Below, one piece after another: positions 17,682 to 27,323 of a DNA stretch of 36,398 nucleotides. The notes beneath the pieces are model-generated. The model ran no database searches, was not told where the DNA came from, and was given only the letters and a program-made list of their open reading frames with translations. The first letter of the stretch is position 1. Each line of letters starts with the position of its first letter. The DNA comes from a virus (taxonomy: Duplodnaviria > Heunggongvirae > Uroviricota > Caudoviricetes): the IMG/VR virus record IMGVR_UViG_2537562173_000010; one strand, given 5' to 3'. A program made the position numbers and the translations under genes.

Positions 17682-17904
17682 AGAGGTCCCCCGGTTGTGC
17701 CGCCGCTGTCGCCGGGGTGTTTATGGGTATGCAGTACCTTACCGTTTGATGAGAGTTCACCGCCGGTGTGTTCAATGTTGCCGCGCATCGTCCCGCCCTT
17801 CTGCACTTCCAGCGTGCGTTAAGGTCGGTTTCGACGATAATGCCGGTGCGGATCATGTTGCGCAGTGCGCGCGCGAGTTCCTGAATATTTGCGAGAGTGT
17901 TCAT
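17678..17904 (-). pseudogene. V: baseplate spike protein V, internally deleted and frameshifted
   Basis: Only 227 nt between the V ATG (17902-17904) and the V stop (17678-17680), against about 636 nt expected. The first 30 codons are V-like (MNTLANIQELARALRNMIRTGIIVETDLNA). The last 44 codons, in another frame, read RTLEVQKGGTMRGNIEHTGGELSSNGKVLHTHKHPGDSGGTTGGPL. The frames differ by 1 at about 17815-17820. Confidence 0.7.
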
Positions 17905-17970
17905 AACGGGAAGGATGCCGTCGGGTCATACCGGCGGCAATGTGACGATGAGGTGTCGGGAATGGCACAA

Positions 17971-18423
17971 CTAACGGTCGAGGTGAGCCAGGATAATCTC
18001 TTCAATCATCTGCACATCCTCACCGGTAAAGCCGAGCAGAGGACGCGCCGGATAATCAATTTTCTTACCGTCTTTCCGGTTTTCTTCCGACAGACCGAAC
18101 TGATGCACGCTGGCAATTTTCGGTGACTTCCCGCCGTAAAACTCCATTGATGCCTGTTCCGGGCTGGCGCGGATATGCAAAAAACGACTGGTGATAAGTT
18201 TCGCAAACATTTTTCGCTTAACGCGACCGGTCTTTTTTCTGGCGCTCTGCTGCTGGCGTGGTGCGTAGGGTGTGCCGTCCGGGGCTTTCTGTGCCATCAC
18301 CCGGCGCTGCTGACTCTGCCGCAGACGTTTCGCCAGTTCGGAGCTCAGTCGCCGACGCCCTGACGGTGACAGCGATTCAGTCAGTCCGGTCAGCCGGTCT
18401 TCAAAACGCTTAAACTCATTCAT
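17971..18423 (-). CDS. S: tail completion protein S
   Basis: 150 aa, the P2 gpS length and position. Confidence 0.85.
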   Translation of the reverse strand: MNEFKRFEDRLTGLTESLSPSGRRRLSSELAKRLRQSQQRRVMAQKAPDGTPYAPRQQQSARKKTGRVKRKMFAKLITSRFLHIRASPEQASMEFYGGKSPKIASVHQFGLSEENRKDGKKIDYPARPLLGFTGEDVQMIEEIILAHLDR

Positions 18424-18883
18424 CCCACTTACTCACCAGTTCGCCATTGATATAAAGCTCCATCGGGCGGGTGACCGGCTCCGGCGGCGGAGGTTCCGGG
18501 ATATTCTTCACATGCAGCGCACCGTCAACCTCACTGACCAGCGTGCGCTCGGTCAGCATCAGGCTGATGCTGATATCAAAGCTGCTGTCATTGTTGATGT
18601 CCGCATAAAACGTGAAGCCCTTTTTCTGGCCTTCGTCGGTGGTCATGATGTCGGGCTGATTTTCCCGCAGCCACGCCAGCACCGGCACGATGAGCAGGTC
18701 AAAATCACCGGTAAAGTCGGTCACAATGACATTGAGCGTGTAACGCTTTTCGAATGACAGCGACGTCGCCAGTGTGGAGGCAATACTCCCGTTATCCACG
18801 AATATCCGCAGCATATCGGGGTTAGTTTTCAGCACCGTGACGGCATCAGTCAGCGCCCTGCGCAGGCTGTCGGGTTTGAGCAT
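18416..18883 (-). CDS. R: tail completion protein R
   Basis: 155 aa, the P2 gpR length and position. Confidence 0.85.
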   Translation of the reverse strand: MLKPDSLRRALTDAVTVLKTNPDMLRIFVDNGSIASTLATSLSFEKRYTLNVIVTDFTGDFDLLIVPVLAWLRENQPDIMTTDEGQKKGFTFYADINNDSSFDISISLMLTERTLVSEVDGALHVKNIPEPPPPEPVTRPMELYINGELVSKWDE

Positions 18884-19136
18884 CGTTTTCGTCCTGACAG
18901 TGTTTAATCATTTTTACCTGGCTGGCACAGCGTGCCAGCGCGTTCTCAAGCTGCCGGATATCGGCACTTAAATCGCCGTTCGTCTGCGGGTCACTGCCCG
19001 GCATCGGGCAAAGGCTCACTTTCGGGCAGGCGTTGGCGACAATCACTGGCGTCAGTGCAGGCCGGACGCTGGTGCAACCGGCGCACAGCATCAGGCAGGT
19101 CAGCGCCATACCAGCGGCGAAAATCCTCGTTTTCAT
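18846..19136 (-). CDS. lysC: LysC (Rz1-like outer-membrane lipoprotein spanin), embedded out of frame in lysB
   Basis: 96 aa from the internal Met. Lipoprotein signal MKTRIFAAGMALTCLMLCAGC (lipobox LCAGC), Pro-rich mature part. Overlaps the 3' part of lysB in another frame. Confidence 0.75.
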   Translation of the reverse strand: MKTRIFAAGMALTCLMLCAGCTSVRPALTPVIVANACPKVSLCPMPGSDPQTNGDLSADIRQLENALARCASQVKMIKHCQDENDAQTRQPAQGAD

Positions 19137-19416
19137 TAAGTAACCTCGTGATGGTTTTCTCGCGCTGTGCTTCACGTTTCGCGGCGTTCTCCAGTTCCTG
19201 ACGCAGTGCCACCTGCGCCAGCTCGTTTTTGTCTGCCCTGGTAAGGGCAACATGAAGCTGGTTTTTCAGCATGGTGATGGTCGTCTGCTGTTCACTGGCG
19301 ACGTTGTTCGCCCTGTCCAGCGAGGCGCGCAGGCTGGCATTTTTATGTTTCACCAGAAACAGACCGGCCACCGCCAGCGATAACAACACGACCAGCACAA
19401 TCATCAGCTTTGACAT
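18991..19416 (-). CDS. lysB: LysB (Rz-like inner-membrane spanin)
   Basis: 141 aa, N-terminal TM helix then coiled-coil; P2 LysB length. Confidence 0.8.
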   Translation of the reverse strand: MSKLMIVLVVLLSLAVAGLFLVKHKNASLRASLDRANNVASEQQTTITMLKNQLHVALTRADKNELAQVALRQELENAAKREAQREKTITRLLNENEDFRRWYGADLPDAVRRLHQRPACTDASDCRQRLPESEPLPDAGQ

Positions 19417-19829
19417 AGTTCCCGCCCCTCAAGACGCTGACGACAGGCTTTACGTATCAGCCGGAAAAACAGCGACGCCACAAGATAAATCAGCGCGGTA
19501 AAAATCCACCCGGCAGCGACCAGCGAGATAAACGTCGCCACCATCACCACCAGAGCCGCCGCCCGTCTGCGCCACGGCACCGGCTGCAAAAACAGCGACG
19601 TGACAATCTTCACGGCCAGCGATTCCGGCGGCAGCCCCCGCCCCGAGCGTTCCAGCACATACTCCGTGGCATACACGCCGACACTACCGGCAACCACACA
19701 GATAACCGTCGCCAGAATCGCCCAGGTGGCGACAAAACTGACGGCCACGCTCTGCGGGTAAATCAGGGACAGTGCCAGCATCAGCGCCAGCGACACGTTC
19801 AGCATCAGTGAAAGGGATAATTTCTTCAT
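19404..19829 (-). CDS. lysA: LysA (membrane protein affecting lysis timing)
   Basis: 141 aa, multiple TM segments; P2 LysA length and position. Confidence 0.75.
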   Translation of the reverse strand: MKKLSLSLMLNVSLALMLALSLIYPQSVAVSFVATWAILATVICVVAGSVGVYATEYVLERSGRGLPPESLAVKIVTSLFLQPVPWRRRAAALVVMVATFISLVAAGWIFTALIYLVASLFFRLIRKACRQRLEGRELCQS

Positions 19830-19843
19830 GGTGTTTACTCCGT

Positions 19844-20341
19844 TTAAGCCGGTACGCCGCCAGCGGTACGCCAGACGGTGACCAGTTTTTCCAGTGAATG
19901 CTCACGCTGACCGTAACCGGCACCCGGCAGGGACGCCCAGATATTGCGACAGCGTGAAATGGCGCGCTCAATACGTCCCGCCCGGACGTCATCCAGTGCA
20001 CCGCGTTCGCGGATCAACTGAATGGCAAGTCTGTCCTGTGACAACGGACTGAAATCCGGCAGGGCAAGCTGTTTGCGGTAATGCGGCCAGAACAGGTAAA
20101 GCTGCTGATAGCGACCGGAGGCCGTGGATTTTTCACCGCGACGGTTAAACACCTTCGCCGGTCGGCCATGCGCGAACGGGTGGTCACTGTAGTCGGTGAA
20201 AATTTCCGGCTTTCCGTCCAGTCCGGTGACTATCACGTCATAGCCCCGGTTTTTCGTCAGCGGATGGTTCGCCGTCCCTTCGGACACTGCCAGCATGTCG
20301 AGAAAGGCGGCGATATTCTGATGCGTGTTAATTACCGGCAT
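19844..20341 (-). CDS. K: endolysin K (lysozyme)
   Basis: 165 aa (MPVINTHQNIAAFLDMLAVSEGT...), lambda R-like lysozyme; P2 gpK length. Confidence 0.9.
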   Translation of the reverse strand: MPVINTHQNIAAFLDMLAVSEGTANHPLTKNRGYDVIVTGLDGKPEIFTDYSDHPFAHGRPAKVFNRRGEKSTASGRYQQLYLFWPHYRKQLALPDFSPLSQDRLAIQLIRERGALDDVRAGRIERAISRCRNIWASLPGAGYGQREHSLEKLVTVWRTAGGVPA

Positions 20342-20622
20342 TACGGTTTCCCCCTGCCCTTAAAGCGGCGCTGAATGGCAATCTCAATCACCTGATAACC
20401 GGCGATACCCAGCATGGAGCCGATGCCGCACACCGCAGGCAGTGACAGGTCAGGAAACTGCACCAGAACAACACCGGCAACCATCGAGACAAAACCACCG
20501 AGCAACATGCCCCCGATAAACAGACGCGGGGTGATGGGTTCACCACCGGCAAGCACCTTGCCGACAACAATCAGCACCCCAATCATGAAAAGCGACAGGA
20601 CGCTTTTTTCTTCTGCTGTCAT
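20341..20622 (-). CDS. Y: holin Y
   Basis: 93 aa, three TM segments and a charged C-terminus; P2 gpY length. Confidence 0.85.
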   Translation of the reverse strand: MTAEEKSVLSLFMIGVLIVVGKVLAGGEPITPRLFIGGMLLGGFVSMVAGVVLVQFPDLSLPAVCGIGSMLGIAGYQVIEIAIQRRFKGRGKP

Positions 20623-20625
20623 GCG

Positions 20626-20829
20626 TTACTCCCACAGATTGACAGTTTCAGCCACGGGCGCGGTCTGAACGTCGGGCTGTTCGACGGCGGAGCCATGTGG
20701 CAGCACCGCACCCAGTTCAGCCCGTCCCGGATTTGCGGCGAGCACGGTCTCAACCACGCCCTCAGTGCGCCCGTAATACCGGACACAAATGGCGTCGAGC
20801 GTGTCGCCCTGTAGCGCAAAGGTCTTCAT
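20626..20829 (-). CDS. X: tail protein X
   Basis: 67 aa from the internal Met (MKTFALQGDTLDAICVRYYGRTEG...). ATG 20827-20829 overlaps the L stop. Confidence 0.85.
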   Translation of the reverse strand: MKTFALQGDTLDAICVRYYGRTEGVVETVLAANPGRAELGAVLPHGSAVEQPDVQTAPVAETVNLWE

Positions 20830-21338
20830 CAGATTTGACTCACGATGCAGCGCGGCTTGTCCTGGATGCGCGCCACTGCCCAGCGCATATCCCGCCACAG
20901 CTCATCAATGGTGCTGTCAATGCTGTCGGCCTTCTTGTCTCCTTTCGCACTGGCATCCACGCCGCGGTAACGCTCATAAAGCGACGCGGTCGCCATCGCA
21001 CACACGGCGCGCTCGTAGTAAAAAACTTTGATACTTTCACCGTCGATATCGTCCGCCGGAACGTCCGCCAGACGCGTAAAACCGGCGGCAATTTTCTGTT
21101 CGCGGTACTCGTACAGCTCCGCATTTGTTTCCGCCATGCCTGACTTGATGGCCTCACGCAGACGGGCGGGGGCGACGGTCTGCTCAAGGCGCATACGTTC
21201 CCGGACGCGCTTCGGGTCGATATCGGGAAAAAAGAACGTGTTTTTAATCACCGGCTCGTCGCCTGCCGGTTGCGGGATGACCACCGTACCCTCACCGGAC
21301 ACGGGAGCCTCCTTTCGCGGAATAATCAGCGTCATCAT
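20829..21338 (-). CDS. L: head completion protein L
   Basis: 169 aa from the internal MMTLIIPRKEAP...; P2 gpL length. Confidence 0.85.
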   Translation of the reverse strand: MMTLIIPRKEAPVSGEGTVVIPQPAGDEPVIKNTFFFPDIDPKRVRERMRLEQTVAPARLREAIKSGMAETNAELYEYREQKIAAGFTRLADVPADDIDGESIKVFYYERAVCAMATASLYERYRGVDASAKGDKKADSIDSTIDELWRDMRWAVARIQDKPRCIVSQI

Positions 21339-21437
21339 GACTACCTCTGAAAAGTCGGGCGGTGGACGCCGGTGCAGTGTCAGGTGATTCACCCTCACTG
21401 ACCGGCGTGCCGCCCTGGCGCGGGGCGCATTCGGTTG

Positions 21438-22181
21438 TTAAATGGCTTTCTTTTTCGGGCGTCCACGTTTTGCCGGTGTCACGCTCCGGGTCTTACGCGT
21501 GGCACGTGTGGCCGCTTTGGGTTGCGGCTCCGGCTTAGGTTTCAGCTCCCGCTCCAGTCGCTCAATCTCTTTTTTGACGCCTGCCTGACAGTCGAGCTGT
21601 GTCGCACGTTGCAGGTGAGCCAGCGCACCGGCGGCATCACCACCGTCACGCAGAAACAGACCGGTGATTTTGTGCAGCTTTGCGCGCACTTCATCAGGCA
21701 TGTCAGCAGCGGCAGTCAGTTCAAGGGTCTCCGTCAGCAGGCGGGTATCCACAGACTCACCGGCCGCGTGGGCGCGCATGGCCGTGAGCGCGACCTCCTC
21801 GGTGAACATATACGGCGGGGTGCGGCGGTGTTTACCCGGCATGGTCAGACCGTATTTCAGGGCATAACGGGCAATCTCCAGCGCACCGGCAATATCGCCG
21901 GTATCCAGACGCCACAGCATGACCGTCATCAGAATGTCATCCTGTGCGCCTTTGCCCTGCTCCAGCACGCCGTTCACCCACGGCAACCAGAACGGCAGCA
22001 GTTCGCGCTTTTTCGCGGCCTTCAGCTCTTTTGAATAAATCGCTTTCAGTGTGCGCTGGTCTGCGGCCAGCTTGACCAGCATCTGCTCATAGACAGTTGC
22101 ATGTCGCAGCGGGGCGGCTTCCCGCTGCGCGGTCATCGCTGCCGAGACCCGCATCATGTGGCGCTGTGCGGGACTCGTCAT
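21438..22181 (-). CDS. M: terminase small (endonuclease) subunit M
   Basis: 247 aa, the P2 gpM length and position. Confidence 0.85.
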   Translation of the reverse strand: MTSPAQRHMMRVSAAMTAQREAAPLRHATVYEQMLVKLAADQRTLKAIYSKELKAAKKRELLPFWLPWVNGVLEQGKGAQDDILMTVMLWRLDTGDIAGALEIARYALKYGLTMPGKHRRTPPYMFTEEVALTAMRAHAAGESVDTRLLTETLELTAAADMPDEVRAKLHKITGLFLRDGGDAAGALAHLQRATQLDCQAGVKKEIERLERELKPKPEPQPKAATRATRKTRSVTPAKRGRPKKKAI

Positions 22182-22184
22182 CGG

Positions 22185-23258
22185 TTACGCTCCCGGCTCT
22201 GCGGTCGCCTTAGCCGGTGTGGAGAAATCACCGACCTTAATTTTTTCCGCCAGACAACCGGCGGCGTAGTCTTCCACCACGTAATCAATGTTCATTGACT
22301 CGTAGTTCTCCACGCGGTCGAGTTTCGGGTTTTCCACAATCACGCGGCGATGGCTGTCATCCATGTAGTAGATGGACAGGTTTTCCAGCTTCGTGATGAG
22401 CATCGCATCCGCCGGGAAGTACGGGACGCGTACCGCCGGCAGGTTACCGATGCGTTTCTGGCTGATGATGACGTCAGCGGCCAGCATTTCGCTGTTGTCC
22501 TGCTCCTTGTTAACGATGGGGAAATACTTGTCCGCCAGTAGCTGACGCCCCACAATCACCACAAGGTCAGGGTCTTCCTGATACCACGGTTCAATCAGGT
22601 TGTTGGTCGCATCCATCACCAGTGCATCAAGGCTGGCATAATCACCGCCCTTACCCACGCGGATGACCTCAGAGGTCGTGTGACCTTCCTCGTCAGTGAC
22701 CTTGCTCATCACACGCGCCGGGGCTTCATTGCGGTATTTCTGCAGCCAGCCGACCGCCACATCCTGCAACATCGGATTACTGTTGCGGTCAGAGGTTTCT
22801 GCACGCTTCACGCCGTTAAAACCGGCCATGATGAAATCAAGGGACTGGCGTTTGATAATGGCGTTACGGATACGGAGCTGGAAATCCTGATAACGCGCCC
22901 ACAGGTCCAGCGTTTTGTAGCGGATATAAAAATCGAAGTTAATCTGGTCGCATTCGTACTTGTTAGACGCCAGCTTCGAGAAGTCCTTCGGCTGACGCTC
23001 GGTGCCACCGGCGGTGTCGGTGGTGCTGGCGATGGAGCCGGTGACACCGATACCAATTTTTTCCCCTTTCATTTCGCTGACCGGCACAATGTTGATGCGG
23101 GTCAGAAAGTCAGAGGACTCCTGCATGGTGTTCATCAGGGTCTGGGTGACCGACGGTTCAACGGTGAATTTTTTCGACACATCACCGGCGTCGATGCCGT
23201 TCAGCTCGGCAACACGGGACAGGTAGGCATTAAATTTAAAGCGGGTTTCCTGGCGCAT
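22185..23258 (-). CDS. N: major capsid protein N
   Basis: 357 aa, the P2 gpN length and position. Confidence 0.9.
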   Translation of the reverse strand: MRQETRFKFNAYLSRVAELNGIDAGDVSKKFTVEPSVTQTLMNTMQESSDFLTRINIVPVSEMKGEKIGIGVTGSIASTTDTAGGTERQPKDFSKLASNKYECDQINFDFYIRYKTLDLWARYQDFQLRIRNAIIKRQSLDFIMAGFNGVKRAETSDRNSNPMLQDVAVGWLQKYRNEAPARVMSKVTDEEGHTTSEVIRVGKGGDYASLDALVMDATNNLIEPWYQEDPDLVVIVGRQLLADKYFPIVNKEQDNSEMLAADVIISQKRIGNLPAVRVPYFPADAMLITKLENLSIYYMDDSHRRVIVENPKLDRVENYESMNIDYVVEDYAAGCLAEKIKVGDFSTPAKATAEPGA

Positions 23259-23316
23259 AGTTTTTCCTGAAATTAAGGGTTAATCGTGAAGGTTTTCCCG
23301 GACTGACTGACGCCGG

Positions 23317-24171
23317 TCAGCAGTTCGTCATCAGGGCGTCACCGCCACCACCGGTGGCCTTGCTGCGGCGCTGCTGGGTCAGACTTTCGGTGTGGTCGAG
23401 ACTGTTTTTCAGGCGGGTGAATGCCTGGCTGGTTTCATCCGCCCTGTCAGTCACCTCCTGCTTAAGTGCGGAAAAGGCGGTTTCCATCTCAGCGAGGCGC
23501 TGCTCAGTGGCGCTCAGTTTTTCCTGCACATGTTCAGCAACAGCGGTCACCGCTTCATGCACGTCATTCAGACGGGCATCATCGCTGGCCTGTTTGCGGC
23601 CAAAAATGGACTTCACCTTTTCGGTCAGGACGGTGAACACTGTTTCAGGCAGGTCTTCAAATTCCAGCTCAACAGGCGTTGCCACTGAAATCAGGTTTTC
23701 AGGGCTTAATTTGAAGCGGTTCAGGGGGTTGTGTTTTGCCGTGCGGCAGAATTCCAGGTATTCCGTGCCGAGGCTTGCCGGGTCATCGGTGACGGCCAGA
23801 CCCACCAGATAACATTTGCCGGTGTTGGCAAAGTTCGGCTGAATTTCCATTGAGGTGTAGACCTTCTGCGCGGCCTTGTTCATCGCGATAAGGTCATCGG
23901 TCGGGGTGATTTTCGCAAACAGCGCCCATTTGCCTTTCAGCGCCGAATCATCGTCAATCTTTTCGGCCTTAAGTTCGGCCACATCGCCATAACGTTTAAA
24001 AATACCGTCAGGCAGGATGCCGCGCAGATGTTCCAGGTTAATGCGGCAACCGTAGACACGCGGGTCAAAGGTTTCAGCCATTTCCTGAATATCCTGCGCA
24101 CTGATGACACGCCCGTCACAGGTGTCACCCTCAACGCCGATACGAAAGAATTTTGAGACTTTTTTTGCCAT
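23317..24171 (-). CDS. O: capsid scaffolding protein O
   Basis: 284 aa from the internal Met (MAKKVSKFFRIGVEG...); P2 gpO length. Confidence 0.85.
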   Translation of the reverse strand: MAKKVSKFFRIGVEGDTCDGRVISAQDIQEMAETFDPRVYGCRINLEHLRGILPDGIFKRYGDVAELKAEKIDDDSALKGKWALFAKITPTDDLIAMNKAAQKVYTSMEIQPNFANTGKCYLVGLAVTDDPASLGTEYLEFCRTAKHNPLNRFKLSPENLISVATPVELEFEDLPETVFTVLTEKVKSIFGRKQASDDARLNDVHEAVTAVAEHVQEKLSATEQRLAEMETAFSALKQEVTDRADETSQAFTRLKNSLDHTESLTQQRRSKATGGGGDALMTNC

Positions 24172-24344
24172 TGTCAGGAGTCCTGAATAGTGATTAGAGG
24201 AGTCACATGTCGGCATCAGTTTCCCGACGATGCGCATCCTCCGCCATCAGTCCCGGATGGCTTATCACTGACACAACAGCACCTTAGCGAATCGCAGGGC
24301 GCGACTCAGTAGCCTTGCCGTGTATTCATCACGGCGAGGTATTC

Positions 24345-25786
24345 ATGACCATCACCACAGACACCACTCTTTTACACGACCCGCGTCGTCAGGCGGCGCT
24401 GCTGTACTGGCAGGGATTTTCCGTGCCGCAGATTGCCGCCATGTTGCAGATGAAACGCCCGACAGTGCAGAGCTGGAAACAGCGCGACGGCTGGGACAAC
24501 GTTGCCCCCATCAGCCGTGTCGAAATGAGCCTGGAAGCGCGGCTGACCCAGCTCATCATCAAACCGCAGAAAACCGGCGGGGGGTTCAAGGAAATTGACC
24601 TGCTGGGACGCCAGATTGAACGACTGGCACGGGTAAATCGTTACAGCCAGACCGGCAACGAGGCAGACCTTAATCCGAACGTCGCTAACCGCAACAAAGG
24701 CGGGCGGCGCAAACCGAAAAAAAATTTTTTCAGTGACGAGGCCATCGAAAAGCTGGAGCAGATTTTCTTTGAGCAGTCTTTCGACTATCAGTTGCACTGG
24801 TATCGCGCCGGGCTTGAGCACCGCATCCGCGATATCCTGAAATCCCGCCAGATTGGCGCGACGTTTTATTTTTCCCGCGAGGCGCTGCTGCGCGCCCTGA
24901 AAACCGGCCATAACCAGATTTTTCTGTCGGCCAGTAAAACGCAGGCGTATGTGTTCCGCGAATACATCATCGCCTTTGCCCGGCTGGTTGACGTTGACCT
25001 GACCGGTGACCCGATTGTCCTGGGCAATAACGGCGCAAAACTGATTTTTCTCGGCACCAACTCCAACACCGCACAGAGCCATAACGGCGACCTGTACGTC
25101 GACGAGATTTTCTGGATCCCGAATTTTCAGGTACTGCGTAAGGTGGCATCAGGTATGGCCTCACAGAGTCACCTGCGCTCGACCTATTTCTCCACCCCGT
25201 CCACGCTGGCGCACGACGCCTACCCGTTCTGGTCAGGTGAACTGTTCAACCGGGGACGCGCCAGCGCCGCCGAACGCGTGGAAATCGACGTCAGTCATAA
25301 CGCCCTTGCCGGTGGGCTTCTCTGTGCGGACGGCCAGTGGCGGCAGATTGTCACCATTGAGGACGCCCTGAAAGGTGGCTGCACGCTGTTCGACATTGAA
25401 CAGCTCAAACGCGAAAACAGCGCCGACGATTTTAAAAACCTGTTCATGTGTGAATTTGTTGACGACAAGGCGTCGGTGTTCCCGTTCGAGGAGCTGCAAC
25501 GCTGCATGGTCGACACGCTGGAAGAATGGGAAGACTATGCGCCGTTTGCCGCCAATCCGTTCGGCTCCCGCCCGGTCTGGATTGGTTACGACCCGTCACA
25601 CCGTGGCGACAGCGCCGGATGAAGACCATGACCAGCAGCGGACGCAGCGCCACTTATGAGGCCAGCCGCAGCGAGGAAGCCAGCCACGCCGACCTCGCCT
25701 GGGCGACCATGCACGCCCTGTTAAATGAGCCACTCACCGCCGGTATCAGCACCCCGCTGACATCCACCATTCTGGAGTTTTACTGA
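24345..25786 (+). pseudogene. P: terminase large (ATPase) subunit P, internally deleted and frameshifted
   Basis: ATG 24345 (GAGG RBS) to the stop overlapping the Q start spans only 1442 nt, against about 1770 expected for 590-aa gpP. Reading frame breaks at about 25620 (...YDPSHRGDSAG*), and the C-terminal ...KTMTSSGRSATYEASRSEEASHADLAWATMHALLNEPLTAGISTPLTSTILEFY is in another frame. Confidence 0.65.
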
Positions 25787-26820
25787 TGAGCAAGAAAAAA
25801 GGGAAAACACCGCAACCTGCGGCAAAAAAAATGACCGCCAGCGCCCCGAAAATGGAGGCATTCACCTTTGGTGAGCCGGTGCCGGTACTCGACCGCCGTG
25901 ACATTCTGGATTACGTCGAGTGCATCAGTAACGGCAGATGGTATGAGCCGCCGGTCAGCTTTACCGGTCTGGCGAAAAGCCTGCGTGCTGCCGTGCATCA
26001 CAGCTCACCGATTTACGTTAAACGCAATATTCTGGCCTCGACATTTATCCCGCATCCGTGGCTTTCGCAACAGGATTTCAGCCGCTTTGTGCTGGATTTT
26101 CTGGTGTTCGGTAATGCGTTTCTGGAAAAGCGTTACAGCACCACCGGTAAGATCATCAGACTGGAAACCTCACCGGCAAAATATACCCGCCGTGGCGTGG
26201 AGGAGGATGTTTACTGGTGGGTGCCGTCCTTCAACGAGCCGACACCTTTCGCGCCCGGTTCCGTGTTTCACCTGCTGGAGCCGGATATTAATCAGGAGCT
26301 GTACGGCCTGCCGGAATATCTCAGCGCCCTTAACTCTGCCTGGCTGAATGAGTCGGCCACGCTGTTCCGCCGCAAGTATTACGAAAACGGCGCGCATGCC
26401 GGATACATCATGTACGTCACCGATGCCGTGCAGGACCGCAACGATATCGAAATGCTTCGCGAAAACATGGTGAAGTCGAAAGGCCGCAATAACTTTAAAA
26501 ACCTGTTTCTCTATGCCCCACAGGGGAAAGCCGACGGCATTAAAATTATCCCGCTCAGTGAAGTGGCGACGAAGGACGATTTTTTTAATATCAAAAAAGC
26601 CAGCGCCGTTGACCTGCTGGATGCGCACCGCATCCCCTTTCAGTTGATGGGCGGCAAGCCGGAAAACGTCGGGTCTCTGGGTGATATTGAGAAAGTGGCA
26701 AAGGTCTTTGTCCGCAATGAACTTATCCCGCTACAGGACAGGATTCGGGAAATAAACGGCTGGCTCGGTCAGGAGGTCATCCGCTTTAAAAACTACTCAC
26801 TGGACACTGACAACGGCTGA
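25786..26820 (+). CDS. Q: portal protein Q
   Basis: 344 aa, the P2 gpQ length. ATG overlaps the P stop (TGATG). Confidence 0.9.
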   Translation: MSKKKGKTPQPAAKKMTASAPKMEAFTFGEPVPVLDRRDILDYVECISNGRWYEPPVSFTGLAKSLRAAVHHSSPIYVKRNILASTFIPHPWLSQQDFSRFVLDFLVFGNAFLEKRYSTTGKIIRLETSPAKYTRRGVEEDVYWWVPSFNEPTPFAPGSVFHLLEPDINQELYGLPEYLSALNSAWLNESATLFRRKYYENGAHAGYIMYVTDAVQDRNDIEMLRENMVKSKGRNNFKNLFLYAPQGKADGIKIIPLSEVATKDDFFNIKKASAVDLLDAHRIPFQLMGGKPENVGSLGDIEKVAKVFVRNELIPLQDRIREINGWLGQEVIRFKNYSLDTDNG

Positions 26821-26989
26821 ACATCGCCGCCTGCGGGCGGCTTTTTTACACCCCGTCATCACGCCCTCACACGCTCACCACCGCACAAAACACCCCGCAG
26901 ACACACCAGCGCCTCAACGGGCAGACTAAGCGCCGTCACGACGCGCTGAGACGCTGAAAAAATAAAATCAGCACCACCGCCAGCGCGCA

Positions 26990-27008
26990 GTGCTTTCCCC
27001 GCCTCGCC
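26990..27008. other. cos site (19-nt cohesive-end sequence)
   Basis: GTGCTTTCCCCGCCTCGCC is the reverse complement of GGCGAGGCGGGGAAAGCAC, which I recall as the P2/186 cohesive end. It lies about 170 bp past Q, as in P2. Confidence 0.6.
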
Positions 27009-27323
27009 CGCCCGCTTCATGGGGCGGTTTTAATGCAGTTGCATGATGAAACTGAAATCACATCAGCACTGACCGAAACTGACAAAAAGAATAGTATCTG
27101 ACACATGCAAAAACACGCACTTAATATACGCCTATCTATAGCTCCTACAGGATTGTCAAAAAACGACCAACTCGTCATAGCGTAAACACATTTGGCTCAA
27201 CGAACACTTACGTTATATGCCTCTTGAACATATCAAAGTCTTAAGGTAGATCTTTACCACTAAGTGGCTATATTAAGCTGCTTTTTTACATACAATAAAA
27301 GCTTTATCGTATGAGGCATAAAA

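Noticed and set aside
17695-18126. 143-aa plus-strand ORF across the V/S region
   Set aside because: Antisense to the S gene and the V remnant; explained as a shadow ORF.
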